Both the position numbers and the translations under genes were made by a program. A stretch of 64,000 bases of DNA, taken from contig ONCK01000010.1 in assembly GCA_900316315.1 (NCBI GenBank), positions 8,082-72,081 of the forward strand, in the 5' to 3' direction. The notes under the pieces were generated by a model. The model saw nothing but the letters and a program-made list of their open reading frames with translations, had not been told where the DNA came from and made no database searches. This stretch comes from an uncultured Prevotellaceae bacterium (lineage in GTDB: Bacteria > Bacteroidota > Bacteroidia > Bacteroidales > Bacteroidaceae). Shown piece by piece: positions 18,095 through 26,409 of this stretch (position 1 is the stretch's first letter; each line of letters starts with the position of its first letter).

Positions 18095-19645
18095 ATGACG
18101 CCCAACTCCCGCATTTATTTTTTATCGTTGCTTTTGGCCTTTTTGCTAACAGCCTGCGGTCGTACATATACTGTGCCTCAGAATACAAAGCCCACAACCC
18201 AAAAGCTTAAGATCTATCCTGACTATACCAATATTGTCATACCTCCCAATATAGCTCCTCTCAATTTTATGGTACGTGCTGTCGGAGACGAATTCGTAGC
18301 TCAGATAGTTGCTCCTTCTGGCAAGCAGATTGTCTCTGGCAGTGATGAGACAGGTATTATCCGATTTGATTCTGTCGAGTGGCGCAACCTATTGTATTCT
18401 AACAAGGGACAATCACTTACGGCCACTATTTACGTTAAGCGGGGAGACCAGTGGTATGTTTATCCATCGTACTATCTGCAAGTAGCCGAGGAGCCTATCG
18501 ACCCCTATCTTAGCTATCGTCTCATTGAGCCAGGCTATGAGCTTTACCGCCAACTTGGCCTCTATCAACGTAATCTGACAAACTTTGACGTACATATAAT
18601 TTACGAGAATAATAGGACCGAAGACGATAAAAACTCTCACTGTATTAATTGTCATAACTACCAAAATTACAGTACCAAGCGTATGCTCTTTCACGTCAGA
18701 GGAAATCATGGCGGAACTATAATTGCAGAGAATGGAAAAATAGAGAAGATTAATCCCAAAAATGACTCACTGATGGGTAATGCAGTCTATCCTTCATGGC
18801 ATCCACGACGCAACTGGGTCGTCTTCTCGTCTAATAAAACAGGTCAAGTTTTTCATATATACAATAAAAATAAGATTGAAGTTCTTGACTACGGAAGTGA
18901 CCTCATTTTTTATAATGCAGATACACATGAGGTGAGCAATGTCCTCAAGACTTCAAGTGATTGGGAGACTTTCCCTTGTTGGGCACCTTCAGGGGACCGT
19001 ATTTACTATTGTGTAGCCCACACATCTCTTATTGGGGATGTATCTGATAGCGTTACTATTCCCTATGCGATACAGCACTATCGCGATCTTAGGTATAATC
19101 TGATGACTATGTCATTTGATGAGCATACGATGACATTTGGCAAGCCCCAGCTCGTCTACGACTGTGCTGCTCATGGACTTAGCGCCTCTGTGCCGCGTGT
19201 TAGTCCTGACGGAAAATATCTACTTTTTACGCTTGGTAAGTATGGGCAGTTTCATATATGGCATCGTTCATCAGACCTCTATGTTAAAAATCTTGCGACT
19301 GGTCAAGTGTATCCTCTGCGTGCCGCCAATAGCAGCAATGTTGATTCTTATCATTCGTGGAGCAGCAACGGCCGTTGGATAGCCTTCAGTAGTCGCAGAG
19401 ATGACGGAAATTTTACTCGCACATATATTACTTATTTTGATCATCAAGGGCATGCGCACAAGGCTTTCATGACCCCGCAAGAAGATCCGCGTTTCAATCT
19501 ACGCCTTTTCAAGAGTTTTAATGTTCCAGAGTTGACGCGCGATGCGGTACCGTACGAGTCTAGCCAATTCCGTCAAGTGATATATAATACCGATCCTACG
19601 ATATGCAAATATCGTGAAATACGTTCGCAGCATATTGGCAAGTAG
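18095..19645 (+). CDS. lipoprotein with CxxCH motif and TolB/PD40-like beta-propeller repeats
   Basis: Lipobox LLTAC. CINCH (CxxCH) in SHCINCHNYQNYS. PD40-like strings SPDGKYLLF, WSSNGRWIAFSS, WAPSGDRIYY. Confidence 0.6.
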   Translation: MTPNSRIYFLSLLLAFLLTACGRTYTVPQNTKPTTQKLKIYPDYTNIVIPPNIAPLNFMVRAVGDEFVAQIVAPSGKQIVSGSDETGIIRFDSVEWRNLLYSNKGQSLTATIYVKRGDQWYVYPSYYLQVAEEPIDPYLSYRLIEPGYELYRQLGLYQRNLTNFDVHIIYENNRTEDDKNSHCINCHNYQNYSTKRMLFHVRGNHGGTIIAENGKIEKINPKNDSLMGNAVYPSWHPRRNWVVFSSNKTGQVFHIYNKNKIEVLDYGSDLIFYNADTHEVSNVLKTSSDWETFPCWAPSGDRIYYCVAHTSLIGDVSDSVTIPYAIQHYRDLRYNLMTMSFDEHTMTFGKPQLVYDCAAHGLSASVPRVSPDGKYLLFTLGKYGQFHIWHRSSDLYVKNLATGQVYPLRAANSSNVDSYHSWSSNGRWIAFSSRRDDGNFTRTYITYFDHQGHAHKAFMTPQEDPRFNLRLFKSFNVPELTRDAVPYESSQFRQVIYNTDPTICKYREIRSQHIGK

Positions 19646-19680
19646 TGTAGAGCTTATTTTCACAAGTAGAAAGTCGGTCG

Positions 19681-19752
19681 CCTAAGAATTCAGACCTTGT
19701 AGTTTTATACTCGATGAAATGAGTAACAGATGCTAAAGTCTGAATTCTTAGG
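19681..19752. other. perfect 15-bp inverted repeat CCTAAGAATTCAGAC / GTCTGAATTCTTAGG with a 42-nt spacer
   Basis: Read directly: arms at 19681-19695 and 19738-19752. No T-run follows. Confidence 0.9.
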
Positions 19753-20107
19753 TCTGTTAACTAAATATTGTGAGAACATCATGATTTATTTCAAATCTAG
19801 GGTGTCAATTGATGAGTGTGGTGTGTCAGGTACGTAGAACGCTATTTTCCATTTTCCGCATATAAAGAAGATGTTGCGTTATGTGGTATAAGACTTTTTA
19901 TGGGAGTCTTGTTTTGAAGATATACACAAGATGCTTTTCGTCAAGAAATTTTTTATTACTTGATCCTTTTGTAGAGCATTATGTATTAGGAGCAAAGTCT
20001 AGTTTTTTTATTTCAAGGAATCAATCTTTTAGGGAATTTTTAACGTTCCTGTAGAACGAATATCATACTCTTTAAGGGTGAAATTAGGCTGATTGGCGGG
20101 AAAATGG

Positions 20108-20115
20108 TAAATTTG
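20108..20115 (+). promoter_or_regulatory. putative -7 promoter box TAAATTTG for the amidase gene
   Basis: TAnnTTTG followed by CA. It sits only 11 nt before ATG 20127, so the real start is more likely ATG 20145. Confidence 0.45.
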
Positions 20116-20126
20116 CAAACATATTT

Positions 20127-21512
20127 TTGATGGTGCATTTTGCAATGGGTAGAACTATATACAAATTTTTTTTGACTCTGACGCTACTACTGTTTGTGCA
20201 GTTAGTGAGTGGTGAGAATAAAACCTTTACTCTTGTATTGGATGCTGGCCATGGCGGCCACGATGCTGGCGCTATTGGCACTTACTCTAAGGAAAAAAAC
20301 ATCAATCTTAATATTACGCTAAAGGTGGCACAGTTAATCCAGCGTAATATGCCTGATGTTAAGATTGTCTTTACACGTAAGACTGATGTCTTCATTCCTT
20401 TGCATGAGCGTGCGGCTATTGCTAATCGTAATAAGGCTGATCTTTTCATTTCTATTCATACTAATTCGCTTGAAGGTGGTAAACTCGCATATGGTAGTGA
20501 GACTTACTCGCTTGGTATGGCGCGTAGCAAAGAAAATCTCGAGATTGCTAAACGCGAAAATTCGGTCATCTTATATGAGAACGATTATCAGAAGAGTTAT
20601 GCGGGGTTTAATCCGAAGTCAAGTGAGAGCTACATCATTTTCGAATTCATGCAGGATAAGTATATGCGACAAAGTGTAGAGCTGGCTAAAGCTATTCAAA
20701 CGGAATATCACAATGTGGGCCGTGCAGATAAGGGTGTTAAGCAGGCAGGCTTCCTTGTCTTGCGTGAGACTACGATGCCCAGTGTGCTTACAGAATTAGG
20801 ATTTATCTCTACACCGCAGGAAGAACAGTACCTTAACTCTCAAAAGGGTACAGATGAACTTGCAACAGCTATATATCGCGGCTTTGCAGCTTACAAGCAG
20901 AGCGTACAGCGGAGCAAATCGGTCGTGCTGGATAACGCTGGACGTAAATCTGATGCGCCTATTGGTACCCAATTTTCCGAAGTTATGAAGGCGGAGGTTA
21001 AGGCTGGACGTGACGCGAGAGAAAGAGATATAAAAAATTCAAATGCGAAGGATGGGAACCAATCTATACCTGAAAGACGAGTTGTTAGTACTAAAAGTGG
21101 CGGGCAGAAGGAAAATCTTTCGGATACCGGTAGTGCAACAACAGCTCCATCTGACAAGCGCGATGTAAAATCCCCGTTGAGTTCAGCTAATTCCCATGCT
21201 ACATTAATTAATATGGGAAATAGCAATGAAAGGAATAATGCAAAAACGAAGCCCTGCTTTAAAATTCAAATTCTTACTGCGCCCCGTATGCTTCGTAACG
21301 ACAGTCAGCACTTTAAGGGATTGGACAAAGTGGATTATTACAAAGATGGCAATATCTATAAGTATACCTATGGTTCTACTACGGACTATAACGAAATCGT
21401 TCGGCTTAAGCGTTCTATTGTAGAAAAATTCCCGGATTGTTTCATAATTGCAATGCAAGGCGATCAGCGCATCTCTATTGCTGAAGCCCGCGCTGCGCTC
21501 AAAAAGAAATGA
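20127..21512 (+). CDS. N-acetylmuramoyl-L-alanine amidase (Amidase_3) with C-terminal SPOR-like domain
   Basis: LVLDAGHGGHDAGAIG and SIHTNS motifs. A low-complexity linker precedes a C-terminal ~75-aa segment FKIQILTAPRML...YKYTYGSTTDYNE that resembles SPOR. Likely start is ATG 20145 (MGRTIYKFF signal peptide). Confidence 0.85.
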   Translation: MMVHFAMGRTIYKFFLTLTLLLFVQLVSGENKTFTLVLDAGHGGHDAGAIGTYSKEKNINLNITLKVAQLIQRNMPDVKIVFTRKTDVFIPLHERAAIANRNKADLFISIHTNSLEGGKLAYGSETYSLGMARSKENLEIAKRENSVILYENDYQKSYAGFNPKSSESYIIFEFMQDKYMRQSVELAKAIQTEYHNVGRADKGVKQAGFLVLRETTMPSVLTELGFISTPQEEQYLNSQKGTDELATAIYRGFAAYKQSVQRSKSVVLDNAGRKSDAPIGTQFSEVMKAEVKAGRDARERDIKNSNAKDGNQSIPERRVVSTKSGGQKENLSDTGSATTAPSDKRDVKSPLSSANSHATLINMGNSNERNNAKTKPCFKIQILTAPRMLRNDSQHFKGLDKVDYYKDGNIYKYTYGSTTDYNEIVRLKRSIVEKFPDCFIIAMQGDQRISIAEARAALKKK

Positions 21513-21547
21513 CTTAGTAATCGCGTTAAAATCAGACACATAAACTT

Positions 21548-22453
21548 ATGAAATCGATCTTTACCAAAGAAGTTAAGATTGCGTTGGCTGCAATATGTGC
21601 TATAATACTTCTCTTCTATGGCATCAATTTTCTGAAGGGCAGCAATCCTTTTAAGAAGCACAATATGTACTACGTCAATTTTCACGACGTAACGGGTCTG
21701 CAAGTTTCCAATCCAGTATATACAAATGGCTTTCCTGTCGGTATAGTCAGAGATATTGATTATGACTATGATCATCCGGGAAATATCAGGGTAGGCATTG
21801 AGGTGAATGAAAATATGCGCTTTACAGAAGGAAGCCATGCAGAACTGGTTTCTTCCATGTTAGGCAATACGACGATGAACGTCATACTGGGTACGTCTTC
21901 AAAATTCCTTCGCCCAGGAGATAGTTTCCCCGGTGGTCCAGAGGAGGGACTAATGAGTCGGGCTGCGGATTTGATACCAACGATTCAACAGATGTTGCCT
22001 AAGTTTGACTCCATTCTTGCCAATCTTAATGTGATATTGTCTGATCCGAAAATTAAGCAGACTCTTGATAATACGGAGTATGTGACGGCTAACCTCAAAC
22101 AGACGACAGATGATCTGAATGTACTCATGCATAATGATGTGCCGGCATTGCTTGCGAAGTTAGAAAGTGTGGGTAGTAATACAGAACAATTGACTGGAAA
22201 GTTAAAAGATCTTGATTATGCAACGACGCTTGCTAAAGTAAACGAAACTGTGGCTCAGGTTAATGCCATGACAAAAGATCTTAATGAAAAACTTAACTCT
22301 CGAGAAGGATCGCTGGGACTGATGTTGAATGATAAAACGCTTTATACCAATCTTAATAAGACGATTGAATCGTCTAATGCTCTGATGACAGATCTTAAGG
22401 CGCATCCAAAGCGATACGTCCACTTCTCTGTTTTTGGAAAAAAGGACAAATAA
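21548..22453 (+). CDS. MlaD/MCE-family protein
   Basis: 301 aa. N-terminal TM helix, MCE-domain region VNFHDVTGLQVSNPVYTNGFPVGIV, and a coiled-coil C-terminus. Confidence 0.75.
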   Translation: MKSIFTKEVKIALAAICAIILLFYGINFLKGSNPFKKHNMYYVNFHDVTGLQVSNPVYTNGFPVGIVRDIDYDYDHPGNIRVGIEVNENMRFTEGSHAELVSSMLGNTTMNVILGTSSKFLRPGDSFPGGPEEGLMSRAADLIPTIQQMLPKFDSILANLNVILSDPKIKQTLDNTEYVTANLKQTTDDLNVLMHNDVPALLAKLESVGSNTEQLTGKLKDLDYATTLAKVNETVAQVNAMTKDLNEKLNSREGSLGLMLNDKTLYTNLNKTIESSNALMTDLKAHPKRYVHFSVFGKKDK

Positions 22454-22793
22454 AAACAGATCTGATAATTTTAATTCTAAATTAACTTCCTCATGGATTC
22501 CTTCTTTTATTTGGAAGCTTTTCATTTGGAATTAGAAAGTTAAATGATATGGTGTATTGTGTTTTTAGCTGAGAACTTATGCATAGGCATATGATTAGCC
22601 TTTGGAAAGTAGGTTCTTATCATTCTGATAAGTAAAGAAATGTTGCTAATTAGAAATACGATAAGTTTTCTGACTGATTTTTAAGATGCTTGCAGATGCA
22701 GCTTGAACTTAATCCCAAATATGTACTTGCGAAATCAAGAAAAAAGTTAGAAATTTGCAATACAGAAAACAACAATCAGACTTAGCTTAAACA

Positions 22794-24197
22794 ATGTCTC
22801 GGTCCCCAGAACAGAAATGGGCAGATTGCCTGTCCTTTATTCGAAACAATATTGGTGAGAGCCAGTTTAATATCTGGTTTGCACCAATTAGTTTCCATTC
22901 TTATGGGGACGGATTACTTCGGCTCAAGGTGCCAAGTATGAGTTTTATCGAGTTTATTGAGGCTCATTTTGTTAAGTTAATCCGTACCACTATAGCTAAA
23001 TTTTATGGGTCGGGGACCCAACTTAAATATCTGGTTGATATAGATACCTCAAATCATATTGAGGAAAACTTAGGTGCAACCACGCGCTCGACAATTCCAG
23101 ACAGCAGCAGTGACAATGCATCAGCTAGTAGACAGCCATTTGAGACTCCAGCCCATCAAGGTGGGCAAGACCTTGATCCGCATCTCAATCCGAATTATAC
23201 ATTTGATAATTTTATACCTGGCGATAGCAATAAACTTACGCGTACCATTGCATTGGCAATAGCGGATAAGTCATATCAGAATACATTTAATCCTTTCTTT
23301 ATATATGGTGCCTCAGGTGTGGGTAAGACGCATTTGGTTAATGCCATTGGGTGTCGTATTAAGGAGAAATTTCCGCGTAAGCGTGTCCTCTATGTGTCTG
23401 CTCATCTTCTGCAGATACAGTATACAGATTCGGTTAGAAATAATCGCTTCAATGATTTCATGAACTTCTACCAATCTATCGATGTACTGATAGTGGATGA
23501 TATTCAGGAAATAGCGGGGAAGACCAAAACACAGGAGGCTTTCTTTAATATATTCAACCACCTTCATCTTAACCAGCGTCAACTTATTCTGACCTGTGAC
23601 CGGCCGCCAGTATCGCTTGAGGGAATGACAGACAGATTGCTGTCACGATTCAAATGGGGTATCATTGCTGAGCTTGAACAGCCTAATGTCAAGTTGAGAC
23701 GTGACATTCTTAACTTTCTCATTAAGCAAGAAGGCCTTCAGATACCGCAAAATGTCGTCAACTATATTGCGACTAATATAACTGGAAACATACGAGATCT
23801 AGAGGGTACCATAAACTCAATTATGGCATATTCGATTACTTATAATAGTGATATAGACTTACGTCTTGCGGAGCAGGTCGTTGCTCGTATTGCGGGCACT
23901 CGCAAGAAAAATATTACGATAGACGAAATCATTGCCAAAGTTGGAAAGTATTATTCCATTAAAGAACGCGAGATTCTCTCTTCAAGTCGTAAAAAAGAAA
24001 TCTCTAGGGCACGACACATCTCTATGTATCTCTCTCAGAAATACACAAAACTCTCCAGCTCCCAGATTGGCGTACGTATAGGACAACGCGACCATTCAAC
24101 TGTGTTACACTCTTGCAGCCAAGTTGAGAAACGCCTTAATGCCGATCAACAATTCCGCCAAGAGTTTGAGGCTATTGAAAAATCACTTTTTATTTAG
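22794..24197 (+). CDS. dnaA: chromosomal replication initiator protein DnaA
   Basis: 467 aa. NPNYTFDNFIPG, Walker A GASGVGKTHL, Walker B LIVDDIQ, and C-terminal DNA-binding RHISMYL...DHSTVLHS. Confidence 0.97.
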   Translation: MSRSPEQKWADCLSFIRNNIGESQFNIWFAPISFHSYGDGLLRLKVPSMSFIEFIEAHFVKLIRTTIAKFYGSGTQLKYLVDIDTSNHIEENLGATTRSTIPDSSSDNASASRQPFETPAHQGGQDLDPHLNPNYTFDNFIPGDSNKLTRTIALAIADKSYQNTFNPFFIYGASGVGKTHLVNAIGCRIKEKFPRKRVLYVSAHLLQIQYTDSVRNNRFNDFMNFYQSIDVLIVDDIQEIAGKTKTQEAFFNIFNHLHLNQRQLILTCDRPPVSLEGMTDRLLSRFKWGIIAELEQPNVKLRRDILNFLIKQEGLQIPQNVVNYIATNITGNIRDLEGTINSIMAYSITYNSDIDLRLAEQVVARIAGTRKKNITIDEIIAKVGKYYSIKEREILSSSRKKEISRARHISMYLSQKYTKLSSSQIGVRIGQRDHSTVLHSCSQVEKRLNADQQFRQEFEAIEKSLFI

Positions 24198-24254
24198 CAG
24201 TTGAAATTTACGAAATTAATACAATATTCTTCATAAACATTCTTTCTTGTCAAG

Positions 24255-24297
24255 TCAGGCCTGTATATAATCGGGCCTGATTATATTTTATTTTTAT
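24255..24297 (+). terminator. possible rho-independent terminator of dnaA
   Basis: TCAGGCC-12 nt-GGCCTGA stem followed by the T-rich TTATATTTTATTTTTAT. Confidence 0.5.
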
Positions 24298-24321
24298 AGA
24301 AAGCCTAAATCTCTGCCGTGA

Positions 24322-25722
24322 ATGGAAAACCATGAAAGTCCTCTACAGCCTCGAAAGCGAGGGACTCAGGAAGTTGTACGTCGTTATTTGAGTTTTGTTC
24401 TGATACTCTTTATTATCGCATTTGGCACATCTCTGTCTATTAGGGCTAATCTCGGCAGCTCTCCTATCTCATGTCCTCCATATGTGCTCAGTCTTGTACC
24501 TGGAGCATGGAGTATGGGTCGCTATGTGATGTGTATGCATATATTTTTCATTTTGGCGCAAATCCTATTACTCCGTCGCAATTATAAGAAGATACAACTC
24601 TTGCAAATACTTGTCAGTGTCCTCTTCGGATGGTATACAGATGTGACAATGTGGATGACGTCTTATCTGCAAGTGCCTTCTACTTTGGCAGTGTCGATAG
24701 CATATCCGCTGCGATTTATTGAGCTTTTGATTGGCGGTGGTATTCTTGCCTTAGGAATTGCCCTCGAAGTAAGATGTGACTCTCTCATGTTGGCAGGTGA
24801 AGGCTTTCCTCTCGCTATCGCTAAAGTCGTTAAACGGGACTTTGGCAAGGTTAAGATTTGCTCGGATACGGCCCTTGTCTGCGTAGGTGCTATCTTTATG
24901 CTCATATTCTTTGGACAATGGCACTGGGATATGATTGGAGTGGGCACTCTTGTTTCGATGTTATATGTCGGATTTATGGTCCGTGTCTTATCCCCTCATA
25001 TCCAATGGGCAGACTATGTCTTTATACCTTCGTCGACACGACATCAGTTGGCTCTTGCTAAAAAGGCATATACTTTAACTTCACAGTCTCATCTCCATAC
25101 AGTCATCACCATCTCACGTCAGTATGGAAGCGGCGGTCACACAATAGGCGAAGATCTTTCCAAGGTCTTAGGATATCCTCTCTACGACCGCAATCTGATA
25201 GACATAACTGCTAAATCTCTTGGCTATAGTCCGCAGAAAGTTGCCCATGAGGAACAAAATATCTCAAATCAGAAACTATGGCAGTATATTTTTGCGGACA
25301 GTAGTATCCCGGAGTCTATGAATCCTAGTCAAGATGACGCTATATTTGTAAGTCAGAGTCGAACTATTAGAGAATTGGCTTCTGAACATGACTGCATCAT
25401 CGTGGGACGTGTGGCCGACTGGATTCTCAGAGATTACCCTGGCGTATATCGGATATTTGTGACGAGTGATGAGGAGACTGCTGTACAAAAGATTATGGCC
25501 AAGGATGGACTTTCTTACGAGCAGGCTGCGCGTAAGATTGAGCAAGTCAATCGTGGACGTGCCAATCACTATTGGAAGTATACTAATCGGCGTTGGCTGG
25601 ATGCCAGCAATTATGATCTTGTGATTAATACGAGCCGCATGACAACGGATCAGGCTGTATCTGTAATCCTGACCTTGTTGAGGTCCAATAAGCGCTCCAT
25701 CCACGGAGGGCAGGCGGGTTGA
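24322..25722 (+). CDS. fusion protein: YczE/DUF6198-like polytopic membrane domain + cytidylate-kinase-like (PF13189-type) domain
   Basis: aa 1 to ~235 are hydrophobic helices (SLSIRANLGSSPISCPPYVL). From ~aa 260, VITISRQYGSGGHTIGEDLSKVLGYPLYDRNLI is the signature N-terminus of cytidylate kinase-like family proteins. Confidence 0.6.
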   Translation: MENHESPLQPRKRGTQEVVRRYLSFVLILFIIAFGTSLSIRANLGSSPISCPPYVLSLVPGAWSMGRYVMCMHIFFILAQILLLRRNYKKIQLLQILVSVLFGWYTDVTMWMTSYLQVPSTLAVSIAYPLRFIELLIGGGILALGIALEVRCDSLMLAGEGFPLAIAKVVKRDFGKVKICSDTALVCVGAIFMLIFFGQWHWDMIGVGTLVSMLYVGFMVRVLSPHIQWADYVFIPSSTRHQLALAKKAYTLTSQSHLHTVITISRQYGSGGHTIGEDLSKVLGYPLYDRNLIDITAKSLGYSPQKVAHEEQNISNQKLWQYIFADSSIPESMNPSQDDAIFVSQSRTIRELASEHDCIIVGRVADWILRDYPGVYRIFVTSDEETAVQKIMAKDGLSYEQAARKIEQVNRGRANHYWKYTNRRWLDASNYDLVINTSRMTTDQAVSVILTLLRSNKRSIHGGQAG

Positions 25723-25810
25723 AACGGTGCGACTGCGCGATAAAGGTGTATTAAAAGCTCTCCTCATCGTAATTCGTCCTATATATTTTCAATTATCGAC
25801 TGTATCACCC

Positions 25811-26137
25811 ATGGATGTTATTCAGTTTTTCCATGATGTACGCGCGATCGTTCGTCAGATTCCCCCAGGCAAAGTGCTGACTTACGGTAGGGTGGCCACT
25901 TTGGCTGGCTGGCCTCATCATGCGCGTCTGGTAGGGCGGGTGATGAACTTGACCAAGGATGCTTCTGTGCCATGTCATCGTGTGGTCAATGCGGCAGGAC
26001 GTACAGCGCCCGGTTGGCCAGGACAAATCAGAAGTCTGCGCGAGGAGGGCGTGGCATTGAAATCCAGCCTTCGTCGCGATGGTACTGCAATGGTTGATCT
26101 GAGGCAAAGCCTTTGGAAAATTGAGGAAGACTGTTAA
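25811..26137 (+). CDS. MGMT-family (methylated-DNA-protein-cysteine methyltransferase DNA-binding domain) protein
   Basis: IPPGKVLTYGRVA and VPCHRVVNAAG (PCHR active-site motif). I chose ATG 25811 (MDVIQFFHDV) over the ORF-track start 25727. Confidence 0.7.
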   Translation: MDVIQFFHDVRAIVRQIPPGKVLTYGRVATLAGWPHHARLVGRVMNLTKDASVPCHRVVNAAGRTAPGWPGQIRSLREEGVALKSSLRRDGTAMVDLRQSLWKIEEDC

Positions 26138-26271
26138 TGCTTGGCTCTCTGCCTCGATTATACTTGAAGAGTATATTTCGGAAAGTATTGTAATTGCTGA
26201 AGATCGGTGCTGTGTAGTGATGGTCAAAAATACTACCGTCTCATTTGCTTGGCATTTTAACACAAAATCTG

Positions 26272-26279
26272 TATCTTTG
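26272..26279 (+). promoter_or_regulatory. putative -7 promoter box TATCTTTG for the permease gene
   Basis: TAnnTTTG match about 130 nt upstream of ATG 26410. Confidence 0.4.
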
Positions 26280-26409
26280 AAGGGCTAAAGAGAATAAAAA
26301 GTGAAGAATACGTCGCAGGAAAAGCACAATCAATTGATATCGGGCATTTCAAGCTATCGCTTGGGTAACATGTGTAAAATCAGCCATTTCTTGATAAAGA
26401 TGAATAGAG

